The notes below the pieces were generated by a model that did no database searches, was not told the DNA's origin, and saw nothing but the letters and a program-made list of their open reading frames with translations. Below are positions 25,332 through 35,392 of a DNA stretch of 55,775 nt, one piece after another. The position numbers were made by a program, and so were the translations under genes. The number at the start of each line of letters is the position of its first letter. The first letter of the stretch is position 1. Where the stretch lies: the NCBI GenBank assembly GCA_964562855.1, contig CAZLVB010000004.1, positions 1 to 55,775 on the forward strand, in the 5' to 3' direction. Source of the DNA: an uncultured Gammaproteobacteria bacterium (GTDB lineage Bacteria > Patescibacteriota > Microgenomatia > Curtissbacterales > GWA2-41-24).

Positions 25332-26090
25332 ATGACTAACGGCAGTTTGCAAAAAACAAATAAAGAAATTGATTTAATGAAAACTTCAGGCAGGATTTGT
25401 TCTCTTGTTTTGGCAAAGCTCTCAACAATGGTCAAAGCCGGGGAATCACTAATCGCACTTGATAAAGTCGCCAAATTTGAAATTGAAAAAAGAGGAGGAA
25501 GTCCTTCGTTTGTGACTGTTGATGACTATAAGTGGACAATTTGTACTACTGTAAATGAGGAAGTTGTTCATGGAATTCCGACGTCTCGTAAACTTAAAGA
25601 GGGAGACATTTTAGGGATAGACATAGGTGTTTTATACAAGGGCTATCACAGCGATATGGCCACATCCGTCGGTGTTGGCAAAATTTCAGACGAGAAACGA
25701 AGATTCCTTGAAGTAGGAAAAACTACTTTAAATAACGCTATAAAAAAAACAAAAGTCGGAAACCGCATAGGAGATATCTCTGCAACGATTCAGGAAGGGA
25801 TAGAAAGCAATGGCTATTCCGTGGTGAGGAATTTAACGGGTCATGGTGTGGGTAAAAATCTGCACGAGGATCCGATTATTCCCTGCTTTGGAAAATATAA
25901 AACTGGACCCAAGATTTTAGAAAACATGGTGCTTGCAATCGAAGTAATTTATACTCAAGGAAAAAGCGAAGTAAAGTTAGGGCAAGACGGATGGACTATC
26001 GCAACGCAAGACGGTTCCCCCGGAGGACTTTTTGAGCAAACTATAGCGGTCACTAAAGATGGCCCTATAGTCTTGACGCCATATTTATGA
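25332..26090 (+). CDS. map: Methionine aminopeptidase type I
   Basis: 252 aa. Contains VVHGIP, DIGV.YKGYHSD, GHGVG..LHE.P, E. Confidence 0.93.
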   Translation: MTNGSLQKTNKEIDLMKTSGRICSLVLAKLSTMVKAGESLIALDKVAKFEIEKRGGSPSFVTVDDYKWTICTTVNEEVVHGIPTSRKLKEGDILGIDIGVLYKGYHSDMATSVGVGKISDEKRRFLEVGKTTLNNAIKKTKVGNRIGDISATIQEGIESNGYSVVRNLTGHGVGKNLHEDPIIPCFGKYKTGPKILENMVLAIEVIYTQGKSEVKLGQDGWTIATQDGSPGGLFEQTIAVTKDGPIVLTPYL

Positions 26091-26186
26091 TTATGTACAA
26101 TATGATTTTACAAATATTTTCTAAATTTCCCGATATAAAAATCGGAACAATATAAAATGGAAAACCTTGAGGTTGTTTCTTAAAAT

Positions 26187-26426
26187 ATGAAAGTTGGCGT
26201 TATCGAAGTTGAAGGAGAAGTCATTGAGGCCTTGCCCAATACAATGTTTCGAGTTTCAGTTCCGTCTGGACAAATACCAGAAATTGATGAGGCTAAGGTT
26301 CTCTTGTGCCATCTTTCAGGCAAAATGAGAATTCACTATGTGCGTATCCTACCAGGTGATAAGGTGAAAGTAGAACTGACGCCTTACGATTTGACCAAGG
26401 GCAGAATAATTTTTCGATACAGATAA
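26187..26426 (+). CDS. infA: Translation initiation factor IF-1
   Basis: 79 aa. Contains [15 protein letters not shown]...[34 protein letters not shown], with an extra loop of about 9 aa. Confidence 0.93.
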   Translation: MKVGVIEVEGEVIEALPNTMFRVSVPSGQIPEIDEAKVLLCHLSGKMRIHYVRILPGDKVKVELTPYDLTKGRIIFRYR

Positions 26427-26444
26427 GATGTTAGTTACAACTCA

Positions 26445-26558
26445 ATGAAAGTTCAAGCAAGTATCAAAAAAAGATGTATTAATTGCAAAATCGTAAAACG
26501 CAAAGGTAGACTTTACGTAATTTGTTCTAACCCGAGGCACAAGCAGCGTCAAGGGTAA
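26445..26558 (+). CDS. rpmJ: 50S ribosomal protein L36 (below ORF-track cutoff)
   Basis: Translates as [37 protein letters not shown], 37 aa. Confidence 0.95.
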   Translation: MKVQASIKKRCINCKIVKRKGRLYVICSNPRHKQRQG

Positions 26559-26688
26559 AGCATATCAAAATGATAAATCAAAATCTAAAAATCAAATTTA
26601 AATCTGGCTTTGCCAGTGCGAATTTTTCCTATAAGGGAAAGAGGAATATTAAGGAGAAAACCGTAGGTTGTCTCCTTAAATTAAAAAT

Positions 26689-27096
26689 ATGACTAGAATT
26701 TCAGGAATAGACATACCGGGTGAAAAAAGAATCGAAGCATCCCTGCCGTACATTTTTGGGATTGGGCCAAATCGTGCAAAAAAAATACTTATCATTTGTC
26801 AGATTAACCCGGATGTCAGGACAAAAAACCTAAAAGAAGAGGAAATAGCAAGGCTTCAAAAAGAGATTGAGAAATATAAAGTAGAAGGTGATTTAAGAAG
26901 AGAAATTCAAAGCAACATTAAAAGATTGCAGGAAATTGGTTCTTATAGAGGAGTCAGGCACAGCAGAAATTTACCAGTGAGAGGCCAAAGAACCCGCGTA
27001 AACGCAAGAACAAAAAGAGGAAAAAGAATCACAATTGGAACAGTAAGGAAAGATGTTGCGCAGAAACTTGGTCAGCAATCCCAACCAGTTAAATAA
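26689..27096 (+). CDS. rpsM: 30S ribosomal protein S13
   Basis: 135 aa. Contains [24 protein letters not shown]...YRG.RH...[12 protein letters not shown]. Confidence 0.97.
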   Translation: MTRISGIDIPGEKRIEASLPYIFGIGPNRAKKILIICQINPDVRTKNLKEEEIARLQKEIEKYKVEGDLRREIQSNIKRLQEIGSYRGVRHSRNLPVRGQRTRVNARTKRGKRITIGTVRKDVAQKLGQQSQPVK

Positions 27097-27097
27097 T

Positions 27098-27487
27098 ATG
27101 AACAAAGAAATTAAGAAAACAAAAAAAACAGTTTCTAAAAATATAACTCACGCAAAAGCTTACGTCACTGCTACCTTCAACAACACCATAGTTACACTTT
27201 GCGATACAAATGGTCAAACCTTGTTATGGGGTTCTGCCGGGGCTTCTGGTTTTAAAGGTGCGAGAAAATCGACTCCATATGCTGCGACAACGGCTGTGGA
27301 AGACGTGGCAAGAAAAGCCAAAGAACTGGGTATCAGGAGTATAGAAATTTTAGTGAAGGGGCCCGGGCCGGGTAGAGATGGCGCTATTCGGGCGTTTAAA
27401 TCACAAGGATTAAATATAACAATGATCGCAGACGTTACGCCTATTCCACACAATGGACCACGTCCATCAAAAAGGAGAAGAGTTTAG
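27098..27487 (+). CDS. rpsK: 30S ribosomal protein S11
   Basis: Start at MNKEIKK. Contains [13 protein letters not shown]....[17 protein letters not shown]. Confidence 0.94.
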   Translation: MNKEIKKTKKTVSKNITHAKAYVTATFNNTIVTLCDTNGQTLLWGSAGASGFKGARKSTPYAATTAVEDVARKAKELGIRSIEILVKGPGPGRDGAIRAFKSQGLNITMIADVTPIPHNGPRPSKRRRV

Positions 27488-27489
27488 AA

Positions 27490-28098
27490 ATGGCTAGATA
27501 TACTGGACCAAAACACAGGCTTTGCAGGGCAGAGGGTACTGCCTTATGTGGGCAAGCCAACTGTCCCGTGATAAAAAGAAATGCAGCACCACCCGGTCAA
27601 CACGGTGTAAAAATGCGTAAAAAATCTTCAGATTTTGCAATCCAGCTTAGAGAGAAACAAAAAGTCAAAAGAATTTACCAGGTCCTTGAGAGGCAATTTA
27701 GAAAATATTTTGAAATTGCCTCAAGGAAAAAAACTACAACCGGTCAGGCACTTCTCAACCTTTTGGAAACACGTCTGGATAATGTTGTCTACAGGCTTAA
27801 TTTGGCAAAAACTAGGTATCAAGCAAGACAACTTGTATCTCATGGTCATGTAATGGTTAACGATAAAAAAGTGACCATTCCTTCATATAATGTTAAAATT
27901 GGCGATATTATATCTCTCTCAGGAAAAGCCGCAAATTTTGATTTCATCAAAAAACTGTCAGAAGATACTAAAGATTTAACAATGCCATCTTGGCTCTCCA
28001 GGAAGGCACTGGTCGGAAAAGTCGCGGCAGAACCAAAAAGAGAAGACATTGACGCTCAGATTGATGAAAGACTTATAGTTGAATTTTATTCTCGATAG
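27490..28098 (+). CDS. rpsD: 30S ribosomal protein S4
   Basis: 202 aa. Contains MARYTGPK.RLCR and an S4 RNA-binding domain (RLDNVVYRL..A.TR.QARQLV.HGH). Confidence 0.96.
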   Translation: MARYTGPKHRLCRAEGTALCGQANCPVIKRNAAPPGQHGVKMRKKSSDFAIQLREKQKVKRIYQVLERQFRKYFEIASRKKTTTGQALLNLLETRLDNVVYRLNLAKTRYQARQLVSHGHVMVNDKKVTIPSYNVKIGDIISLSGKAANFDFIKKLSEDTKDLTMPSWLSRKALVGKVAAEPKREDIDAQIDERLIVEFYSR

Positions 28099-28151
28099 AG
28101 AACAAGATGCGATTCAGATTATTCAAGATAAAAAATAAGGAGGTGAATTAA

Positions 28152-29072
28152 TTGCTAGACTTATCACAAATAGAAGTTGTTACAGAAAAAGAAACCACGG
28201 ATTTTGGCAAATTTATTATCGAGCCTTTAGATCAAGGGTATGGTCATACTGTAGGTAACTCGCTTCGCCGAGTACTTTTAAGTTCCCTTCCAGGGGCTAC
28301 AATAACTCAAGTTAAAATTTCTCAGGTTAGACACCAATTTTCTTCCTTACCTGGTATGACGGAAGATGTAGTGGAATTTATATTAAATTTAAAAAAAGTT
28401 AAGCTAAAAATTTCAGGTGATAAACCAGCTAAATTAACCCTAGATATAAAAGGGCCCAAAGAAGTTAAAGCCAAAGATATCGAAAAGGCAGCTGGTGTAG
28501 AAATCATAAATGAAGACCAGGTTTTGGCTCACCTTTCCGATTCAAAAGCAAGGTTGACTGTCCAGATGGTTGCGGAAAACGGGAGTGGTTACTCGCTCGC
28601 AACAGACAGAGCTTCGGGAGAACTTGGAGTTATTCCGATTGACGCAAATTTTTCGCCAGTTGTCAGTGTTTCTTACAATGTTGATTCTACCCGCGTAGGC
28701 CGTATTACAAACTTTGACAAATTGACAATCGAATTAAAAACCGACGGTACTATCAAACCATCTGAGTCCCTAAAACAGGCTGCAAAAATTTTGGTGGACC
28801 AATTCACGGTAATTTATCAGCCACCATCGGGTGCTAAGAAACCCAAACACGAAGAACAAACAGCTCTAACTTCAGAGGTGTTGGATACCTCGCTTGAAGA
28901 ACTTGATTTACCGGTTAGATTAACCAATAGCCTGAAGGCAGGTAAAGTAGAAACGATTGGAGATTTCTTAAACAAAGACAGAAAAGAGCTAACCAAAATG
29001 AAGAATGTCGGTCCTAAATCGATAGAACTCGTTGAAGAAAAATTGAGAGATAGAAGTATCGAAAAAAGGTGA
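28152..29072 (+). CDS. rpoA: DNA-directed RNA polymerase alpha subunit
   Basis: 306 aa with a TTG start 6 nt after AAGGAGGTG. Contains GHTVGNSLRRVLLSS and the C-terminal domain LDLPVRLTNSLK. Confidence 0.94.
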   Translation: MLDLSQIEVVTEKETTDFGKFIIEPLDQGYGHTVGNSLRRVLLSSLPGATITQVKISQVRHQFSSLPGMTEDVVEFILNLKKVKLKISGDKPAKLTLDIKGPKEVKAKDIEKAAGVEIINEDQVLAHLSDSKARLTVQMVAENGSGYSLATDRASGELGVIPIDANFSPVVSVSYNVDSTRVGRITNFDKLTIELKTDGTIKPSESLKQAAKILVDQFTVIYQPPSGAKKPKHEEQTALTSEVLDTSLEELDLPVRLTNSLKAGKVETIGDFLNKDRKELTKMKNVGPKSIELVEEKLRDRSIEKR

Positions 29073-29497
29073 GACATTTATCATTTGGTAAAAAATTGTC
29101 AAGAGACACAAAAAGTAGAAAAGCTCTACTTGCTAATTTGGCAAATTCGCTAATAATAGAAGGCAGGGTTACTACGACCTTGGCTAAGGCGAAATTTGCA
29201 AAACCGTATGTGGAAAAGCTGGTAACGCAGGTTAAAAATGACAAGCTACATAAAAGACGCAAACTAGCAGCTATTTTAACAAGTAAAGCTTTAAAACAAC
29301 TTCTTGAGTTAAAGACTAAATTTGATGAGAGAAACGGCGGCTATACCCGAATTGTAAAACAAAATCCCAGGCGAGGAGATTCTGCAAAAATGGCCCGTCT
29401 TGAGTTTATCAAATGGGAAAAATCTAAATCGAAGGAGTCCAAAACCCAAAAAGGAAAAAAGAAGAAAAGCATTAAAGAAGAAAGCAGCAAAGGATGA
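29069..29497 (+). CDS. rplQ: 50S ribosomal protein L17 with Lys-rich tail
   Basis: 142 aa. Contains MRHL..GKKLSRDTKSRKALL.NLA.SLI..GRV.TT.AKAK. Confidence 0.94.
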   Translation: MRHLSFGKKLSRDTKSRKALLANLANSLIIEGRVTTTLAKAKFAKPYVEKLVTQVKNDKLHKRRKLAAILTSKALKQLLELKTKFDERNGGYTRIVKQNPRRGDSAKMARLEFIKWEKSKSKESKTQKGKKKKSIKEESSKG

Positions 29498-29922
29498 AAA
29501 ATAATCAAATACCCAAAAATTGGCATCTTATAGATGCCAAGGAAAAAGTTTTAGGAAGACTTGCAAGCGATATCGCCCACCTTTTAATGGGTAAAAATAA
29601 ACCGTCATATCGTGCGTATCAAGACACTGGGGATTATGTTGTCGTGATAAACGCCAAAGGGGTAGTTATGTCCGGGAAAAAGCTTACTCAAAAAAAGTAC
29701 TATCGTCATTCTCAGTATCCCGGAGGCTTAAAAATAAAGACAGCGGCGCAAATCCTGGCTGATAATCCACAAAAATTAGTAAGACATGCAGTCACCGGAA
29801 TGTTGCCCAAAACAAAATTAGGCAAAATGATGCAAAAAAAACTTTTTGTCTATTCTGACAATAATTATCCTTATGCGGATAAAATAAAAACAGCTGCAGC
29901 TACACTATCTCAAGGAAAATGA
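29494..29922 (+). CDS. rplM: 50S ribosomal protein L13
   Basis: 142 aa. Contains WHLIDAKEKVLGRLAS.IA..L.GK.KP. Confidence 0.96.
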   Translation: MKNNQIPKNWHLIDAKEKVLGRLASDIAHLLMGKNKPSYRAYQDTGDYVVVINAKGVVMSGKKLTQKKYYRHSQYPGGLKIKTAAQILADNPQKLVRHAVTGMLPKTKLGKMMQKKLFVYSDNNYPYADKIKTAAATLSQGK

Positions 29923-30326
29923 AGAAAAGTCAAAAGCCAGACGTTATATCTCAGCACGGTCGCCGAAAAGAAGCTATAGCGCAAGTAAGGCTTTATAAAG
30001 GAGAAGGGCAGATTCAAGTGAACGGCTTACCAATAGACGAGTATTTTCCCGGTCCAGTCGCCAGATTGATCTGGCAGAGACCTTTCGCTTTGACAAAATC
30101 CCAAAAAGATTATTTCGCTACAATTAAAGCTTCAGGTTCAGGAAAAAACGGGCAACTGCAAGCAGTAGTTCATGGATTATCGCGTGCATTGTCTGCCGCT
30201 AATTCAGATTTCAAGCCAATTCTCAAGAAAGCTGGGTTATTAACAAGGGATCCCCGGGTCAAAGAAAGGCGAAAATACGGCCTTGCCCAAAAAGCAAGAA
30301 AGGGCAAGCAGTCACCTAAGAGATAA
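29919..30326 (+). CDS. rpsI: 30S ribosomal protein S9
   Basis: 135 aa. Contains GRRKEAIAQVRL..G.G.I.VNG and the C-terminal RDPR.KERRKYG...ARK..Q.PKR. Confidence 0.96.
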   Translation: MKKSQKPDVISQHGRRKEAIAQVRLYKGEGQIQVNGLPIDEYFPGPVARLIWQRPFALTKSQKDYFATIKASGSGKNGQLQAVVHGLSRALSAANSDFKPILKKAGLLTRDPRVKERRKYGLAQKARKGKQSPKR

Positions 30327-30328
30327 TC

Positions 30329-30511
30329 CTAATTTTTAGGGTTCTCGGTAGGTTCAGATTCAGCTTGATTGGTTGCCGGATTTTGAGGATTCATAAATTG
30401 GCCATCAGTCGGTTGTGCTTGCTCTGCGCCTGATTCGCTAGGCGACGCTGGGGGCGGTTCTTTCTTGCCTAAAAGATTTTTTAAAAAATCCAAAAAACCC
30501 ATTTCCAACAT
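30329..30511 (-). CDS. Small low-complexity hypothetical protein
   Basis: A 60-aa ORF, Pro/Glu/Asn/Gln-rich after MGFLDFLKNLLGKK. May not be real. Confidence 0.3.
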   Translation of the reverse strand: MLEMGFLDFLKNLLGKKEPPPASPSESGAEQAQPTDGQFMNPQNPATNQAESEPTENPKN

Positions 30512-30578
30512 CTAACTCTTTTTTTTAAAATTTGTCAACCTTAGACTCTCTGCTATAATGTTGTTCGGTCGAAAAAGA

Positions 30579-30652
30579 CGGAGAGTGGCGCAGTTGGCTA
30601 GCGCACCAGGCTGGGGGTCTGGGGGTCGCGGGTTCGAGTCCCGCCTCTCCGA
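30579..30652 (+). tRNA. tRNA-Pro (anticodon GGG)
   Basis: Hand-folded cloverleaf. 7-bp acceptor stem CGGAGAG/CTCTCCG, D stem GCGC/GCGC, anticodon loop CTGGGGG, T arm GCGGG-TTCGAGT-CCCGC, discriminator A, no encoded CCA. TATAAT lies about 20 nt upstream. Confidence 0.9.
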
Positions 30653-30731
30653 CTTGTTTTATTGCACCTTGTATTTTTAGAAAATCTGTAGTAAAACTAG
30701 TCGTGAAAAAAAACCGCCCGGAAAAGTTTTA

Positions 30732-31805
30732 ATGAGTAATTCCGACGCCAAAAAGCAAGCAATTCTTACCGCAATTTCCCAAATCGAAAAAGCCTACGGA
30801 AAGGGTGCCATAATGAAGATGGGCGAATCGGTTGGTAAATTGGAAGCCGAAACAATTCCAACCGGCTCTATTCCGGTAGATTTGGCTTTAGGAATTGGCG
30901 GTTTCCCAAGAGGTAGGATTATAGAAATTTTCGGCCCGGAAGCCTCTGGTAAAACTACAATAGCAATCTCGGTGATTGCCCAAGCCCAGAAAAATGGCGG
31001 ATCAGCGGCATTGATTGACGTTGAACATGCTCTTGATCCTTCTTGGGCACAAACAGTGGGTGTAAATCTGGATGATTTATTAATTTCCCAACCAGACACC
31101 GGTGAACAAGCTTTAGAAATAACAGAAACCCTAATTCGATCAGGGGCGATCGACGTAATAGTTGTCGACTCGGTTGCAGCTCTGGTTCCGCGGGCAGAAA
31201 TAGAAGGGGAAATGGGGGACTCAATTATGGGCGTTCAAGCAAGATTAATGTCGCAGGCCCTGAGAAAACTAACCGGTGCGATTTCAAAATCTAAGACTGC
31301 CGCCATATTTACTAATCAATTGCGCGAAAAAATCGGCGTAATGTTTGGTAACCCAGAGGTAACCCCCGGAGGAAGAGCCCTTAAATTTTATTCCTCGATA
31401 AGGCTGGACATTAGAAAAATTGAAAATATCAAAGAGGGAGAAAAAGTCATAGGCACCAGACACAGGGTTAAAGTGGTCAAAAATAAATTAGCGCCGCCGT
31501 TTAGGGTTGCTGAATTTGACATTATGTCTGACGAGGGTATTTCCAAAGAGGGAGGGCTCCTGGATATCGCACTGGAGCTTGGTTTAGTCACAAAATCAGG
31601 AGCATTTTTTAGATGGGGAGCAAAATTGATCGGCCAGGGTCGAGAAAGTGCCAAAGCCTATTTTAAAGAACATAAAAAAGACTACGTTACACTTGAAAAA
31701 GAGATCTGGAATAAAGTTAAAAAGGGAATTCCCCAAAAGTCCAAAAAAGTTACTGACGCCGAAAGCGAGAGCGAAGAAATCTTAGAAGAAATAGCAACAG
31801 CCTAA
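30732..31805 (+). CDS. recA: Recombinase RecA
   Basis: 357 aa. Contains GPEASGKTT (Walker A), IVVDSVAAL and [26 protein letters not shown]. Confidence 0.98.
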   Translation: MSNSDAKKQAILTAISQIEKAYGKGAIMKMGESVGKLEAETIPTGSIPVDLALGIGGFPRGRIIEIFGPEASGKTTIAISVIAQAQKNGGSAALIDVEHALDPSWAQTVGVNLDDLLISQPDTGEQALEITETLIRSGAIDVIVVDSVAALVPRAEIEGEMGDSIMGVQARLMSQALRKLTGAISKSKTAAIFTNQLREKIGVMFGNPEVTPGGRALKFYSSIRLDIRKIENIKEGEKVIGTRHRVKVVKNKLAPPFRVAEFDIMSDEGISKEGGLLDIALELGLVTKSGAFFRWGAKLIGQGRESAKAYFKEHKKDYVTLEKEIWNKVKKGIPQKSKKVTDAESESEEILEEIATA

Positions 31806-31806
31806 G

Positions 31807-32463
31807 GTGCCTCGCGTTACTTCAATAGAACCCCAGAAAAAAAGGCCTAACCGTTTCAATATATACCTGGAAGGAAACTTCGCTTTTGCACTTGATGCCG
31901 AAAATCTTCTCAAAAATAATTTAAAAATCGGCCAGTTTTTATCTGAGGAAGAAGTAAATGATCTAACTTCAAAAGATGTACTTTCCAAACTTACAGATAA
32001 GACACTCCATTTTTTATCTCTAAGACCACGCAGCGAAAGTGAGATTTTAAATTATTTGTCAAAAAAGATTTCCAGATCTCAAAACATTCCTTTTCAAGAA
32101 GCCAAAGAGAGTTACATCACAAAAACCATTATCCAAAAATTAAAAAAGTATGATTATTTGAATGACAGGGAATTTGCCCGGTTTTGGATTCGCTCCAGGA
32201 TCAAATTAAAACCAAAAGGGAAAATCGCTCTTAAAAATGAATTGCAGGTCAAGGGAATTGACAAGGAAATTATCGATTCGGTTTTATTAAACTTACCAAA
32301 TCAGGTAGTAATTGCCAAAAAGGCTATCGAGAAAAAGTTAAAATTATGGAAAAGTCTCCCCCAGCAGGAACTTAAAAAAAAGGTATATTCTTATCTTTCT
32401 ACGCGGGGTTTTGACTTCGAAACAATCGGCAAAGTGTTTGCCTTTTTAAAAAAATTGCGCTAG
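31807..32463 (+). CDS. recX: RecX regulatory protein
   Basis: 218 aa with a GTG start 1 nt after the recA stop. Three-helical-repeat pattern (YLNDREFARFW...). Confidence 0.8.
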   Translation: MPRVTSIEPQKKRPNRFNIYLEGNFAFALDAENLLKNNLKIGQFLSEEEVNDLTSKDVLSKLTDKTLHFLSLRPRSESEILNYLSKKISRSQNIPFQEAKESYITKTIIQKLKKYDYLNDREFARFWIRSRIKLKPKGKIALKNELQVKGIDKEIIDSVLLNLPNQVVIAKKAIEKKLKLWKSLPQQELKKKVYSYLSTRGFDFETIGKVFAFLKKLR

Positions 32464-32563
32464 AATTGATTTTTGAAAGTAGCCGACAGAAGGTTTGTTT
32501 GCATCAAGATATGAAATTTTCTTGTAAGTCGTCTTTCTCAAATACCGACAAGTAACTTGGCTT

Positions 32564-34060
32564 TTGCAGCCCTATCCTTTTCTTGGCAAACTTTCCCAAA
32601 TATATATGGATAAAAGACTACCTAACAAGGTTATTGTATCAGTAGGCAGATCGGCTCAGACAACTGATATAAGATCGACTGCCAAGGAAATCATTCAAGA
32701 CGCCCGAGATGAAGCTTTCAGAATTAAAAAATCCGCAGAAGAGGAAGCAACAAAGATCCGCCGGGAATCTTTAGATATTGAAAAAAGAATTGCCCAAAAA
32801 GCAGAACTTTTGGAGACAAGGCTCTCGCAAGTAGAAAGGTCTGAACGAGACATGGCTTCCGCAAGAGAAGCTCTAGCGCGACGAGAGCAGGAACTGGCCA
32901 AAATTAGGGCAGACCTTGTAGGCAAGCTTGGAAAAGTTGCCTCGTTGACTGCCGAAGAGGCAAAAAAGGTTATTCTTGAAAACTTGGAAGAACAACTAAA
33001 AAATGAAATTGCCAAAAAAATCAAAGAGGCAGAAGAAAAACTTAAAGTCCAGCAAGATAGCAGAGCCAAAGAAATATTAATTAACGCTATGACAGCCGGT
33101 GCAACCGATTGGGTTGCCGAATATACCGTTTCCACTATCAAATTAGAATCCGATGAAATCAAAGGCAGAATTATCGGCAAGGAAGGAAGGAATATTCGAG
33201 CCTTCGAACTGGCAACCGGTGTTGATGTCGAACTTGACAGCGATACGCCTAACGAAGTTAGACTTTCCTCTTTTGATCCCGTAAGACGCGAGATAGCCAG
33301 AATTGCCTTAGAAGAGTTGGTCAAAGATGCCAGAATTCAGCCAACCAGAATTGAGCAGCTAGTCGAAAGGGCAAAACAACAGGTAGCAAGTGACATGTCC
33401 GAAACCGGCAGGCGCGCAGCTTATTCACTAGGTTTATACAATCTGCCGCAAGAGGCGATGGATGCATTGGGAAGGCTGAAATTCAGATATTCATATGGCC
33501 AAAACCAGCTTATAGCTGCCATTGAAACGGGAAAAATCGCCAAAAAAATTGCTCAAGAAATTGGGGCTAATGACCCGGTTTGCGCTACCGGAGGCCTTTT
33601 TCATGATATCGGTAAAACCGAAGTTGAAAAAGAAGGTACGCACGTACAATTAGGGGTGGAATTGGCTAAAAAATGGAAATTTCCGCAGGAAATAGTTGAC
33701 TGTATAGCCCAGCATCATGAAGATGAACCTTTCACCTCCGCCGAATCCGTAATAGTTCACGTAGCAGACGCTGTTTCTGGTGCAAGGCCTGGCGCAAGAC
33801 ATGAATCGGTTGAAGACTATATCAAAAGATTGACAGATATCGAGAAAATTGCTCAAAGTTTTGGAGGCGTTGACAAGGTATATGCTATTCAAGCAGGACG
33901 GGAAATCAGGGTTATTGTTAATCCGACAACGATAGACGATGCCGGCACCGTAAAACTCTCACACGATATTAGTTCACGCTTGGAAAAAGAATTGACTTAT
34001 CCTGGGCAAATTACTGTAACAGTCATCAGAGAAGTTCGCGCCCAGGATGTTGCGAAATAG
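32564..34060 (+). CDS. rny: Ribonuclease Y (no N-terminal TM helix in this ORF)
   Basis: KH domain (GRIIGKEGRNIRAFE) and HD domain (GGLFHDIGK...HH.DE). The start is uncertain: TTG at 32564 or ATG near 32606. Confidence 0.9.
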   Translation: MQPYPFLGKLSQIYMDKRLPNKVIVSVGRSAQTTDIRSTAKEIIQDARDEAFRIKKSAEEEATKIRRESLDIEKRIAQKAELLETRLSQVERSERDMASAREALARREQELAKIRADLVGKLGKVASLTAEEAKKVILENLEEQLKNEIAKKIKEAEEKLKVQQDSRAKEILINAMTAGATDWVAEYTVSTIKLESDEIKGRIIGKEGRNIRAFELATGVDVELDSDTPNEVRLSSFDPVRREIARIALEELVKDARIQPTRIEQLVERAKQQVASDMSETGRRAAYSLGLYNLPQEAMDALGRLKFRYSYGQNQLIAAIETGKIAKKIAQEIGANDPVCATGGLFHDIGKTEVEKEGTHVQLGVELAKKWKFPQEIVDCIAQHHEDEPFTSAESVIVHVADAVSGARPGARHESVEDYIKRLTDIEKIAQSFGGVDKVYAIQAGREIRVIVNPTTIDDAGTVKLSHDISSRLEKELTYPGQITVTVIREVRAQDVAK

Positions 34061-34181
34061 TGCTATTCGGATAAATTAGTATTTGACCGAAAGTATTGTT
34101 TTAGTTATAATCCATTGCGTTGGAATAGCTTTTTCTAATTGTCTTATCCAGGAAAAGTATTCTCAGTAATTCGAATTTTAT

Positions 34182-34454
34182 ATGACAAAAAATGAACTAG
34201 TAGAAAGAGTAGCTAAAAAGGTTGGTTTGACTAAAAAGGCGGCTTTTGAAACAGTTAATGCTGTTTTTGGAAATATCCGTGAAGCTCTAGCCAAAGGTGA
34301 TAAAGTAGTCGTTTCCGGCTTTGGAACATTTAAAGTCCGTCAGAGAGCAACTCGGGCAGGCAGAAATCCTCAAACAGGCTCACAAATTAAAATAGCCGGA
34401 CACAAACTTCCCGGTTTTACAGCAGGCAAATCTCTTAAAAGATTTATTAAATAA
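34182..34454 (+). CDS. hup: HU family DNA-binding protein
   Basis: 90 aa. Contains MTKNELV..VA...GLTKK.A...V.AVF..I...L..GDKV...GFGTF.V..R..R.GRNPQTG..I.I. Confidence 0.95.
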   Translation: MTKNELVERVAKKVGLTKKAAFETVNAVFGNIREALAKGDKVVVSGFGTFKVRQRATRAGRNPQTGSQIKIAGHKLPGFTAGKSLKRFIK

Positions 34455-34470
34455 GTTTCAAGAAAGTTGA

Positions 34471-34827
34471 TTAAGCGGCTCTAAGGTATTGTTTAAGTTG
34501 TAGAAGTTTCTGTCTAGGTACTCCGGCATTTCTGGCGGCGGTTAACTGATCTCTTTCAACGGTTAGCCGAATCACGTTGTCAGGAGTCAGATCTGCAAGT
34601 TCAGTTTGTTTCTGTATAGGACTTGATGCTGTCAAAGCATCGGAAGTTATTCCCGCTACCGGTCTAACAAGTAACTGGTCTCCTTCAATAACTATTTCTG
34701 GATCAGGAATACCATGATACTGGCGGAGCCGTGCTTTAAGATCGGCTATACTCGCCTCGTCAGAACTTGGGGTAACTGTTGTTTGACCCTCAAGTAATCT
34801 TTCTCCGTTTGTCTTGTTTTCAGCCAT
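34471..34827 (-). CDS. Hypothetical protein
   Basis: 118-aa ORF with no recognisable family. Lies on the opposite strand to its neighbours. Confidence 0.45.
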   Translation of the reverse strand: MAENKTNGERLLEGQTTVTPSSDEASIADLKARLRQYHGIPDPEIVIEGDQLLVRPVAGITSDALTASSPIQKQTELADLTPDNVIRLTVERDQLTAARNAGVPRQKLLQLKQYLRAA

Positions 34828-34896
34828 AAAAAAAGACCCCTTCTGGCTCGAATATTATGCTTTTTAAGGCTAAAAGTCAAACAAGAATTAACGGGG

Positions 34897-35316
34897 TCAA
34901 TCTAATCCCAGTCTAATTCTGGCAATTGTTCCGACAGATTGCATGATTGTGGCGAATCTGGTAAATGCGGTATCTACTTTCCCAAGGTCCAAATCACGAT
35001 CTGCCTCACTGTCTACATATCTTGGATATCTTAAAGAAGCAATGATTGCTTGTTTAAATATAGACAGAACCACATCTTGATCAGCAGCACTTTTAGCTTC
35101 CCGCAAGCATTCCAAAGCCACTGTCATATGGGGAAAACTCTGTTTCAGTCTGGCAATGCCGGCAAGAACAATAGCTTCCTCGACTGATAATTCCAAACTT
35201 GCTTCAATTTTGTCTGGATCTGTTCGCCAGTTTTGCGGTTGTTGGATCTGATCAAGCTGATTAATTATCAGACGATGAGTGCACTCAAGCCTCCCTACCT
35301 GTGCCTCTTTACTCAT
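34897..35316 (-). CDS. Hypothetical protein
   Basis: 139-aa ORF with no recognisable family. Confidence 0.45.
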   Translation of the reverse strand: MSKEAQVGRLECTHRLIINQLDQIQQPQNWRTDPDKIEASLELSVEEAIVLAGIARLKQSFPHMTVALECLREAKSAADQDVVLSIFKQAIIASLRYPRYVDSEADRDLDLGKVDTAFTRFATIMQSVGTIARIRLGLD

Positions 35317-35392
35317 AGACCGATGGTCTACATAAGTAGTTTCCAGAAATCAAATCAATTTGATTTCTATTCAATCGTGATAAGATATTTTT

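Noticed and set aside
26255-26300. The 9-aa extra loop in IF-1 contains CCAGAAATTGATGAGG, reminiscent of the GAAATTG core
   Set aside because: It is a single 7-8 nt match in an AT-rich gene with no flanking hairpin or duplication. This is probably coincidence.
26559-26688. The hairpin AAGGAGA...TCTCCTT upstream of rpsM as an S4-binding translational operator
   Set aside because: Only a single stem occluding a Shine-Dalgarno-like sequence is visible. There is no pseudoknot or conservation evidence, so it is too speculative to list as a feature.
32695-33324. 209-aa minus-strand ORF inside rny
   Set aside because: It is antisense to the Lys/Glu/Ala-rich coiled-coil of RNase Y, which gives a Ser/Ala/Leu-rich low-complexity artefact.
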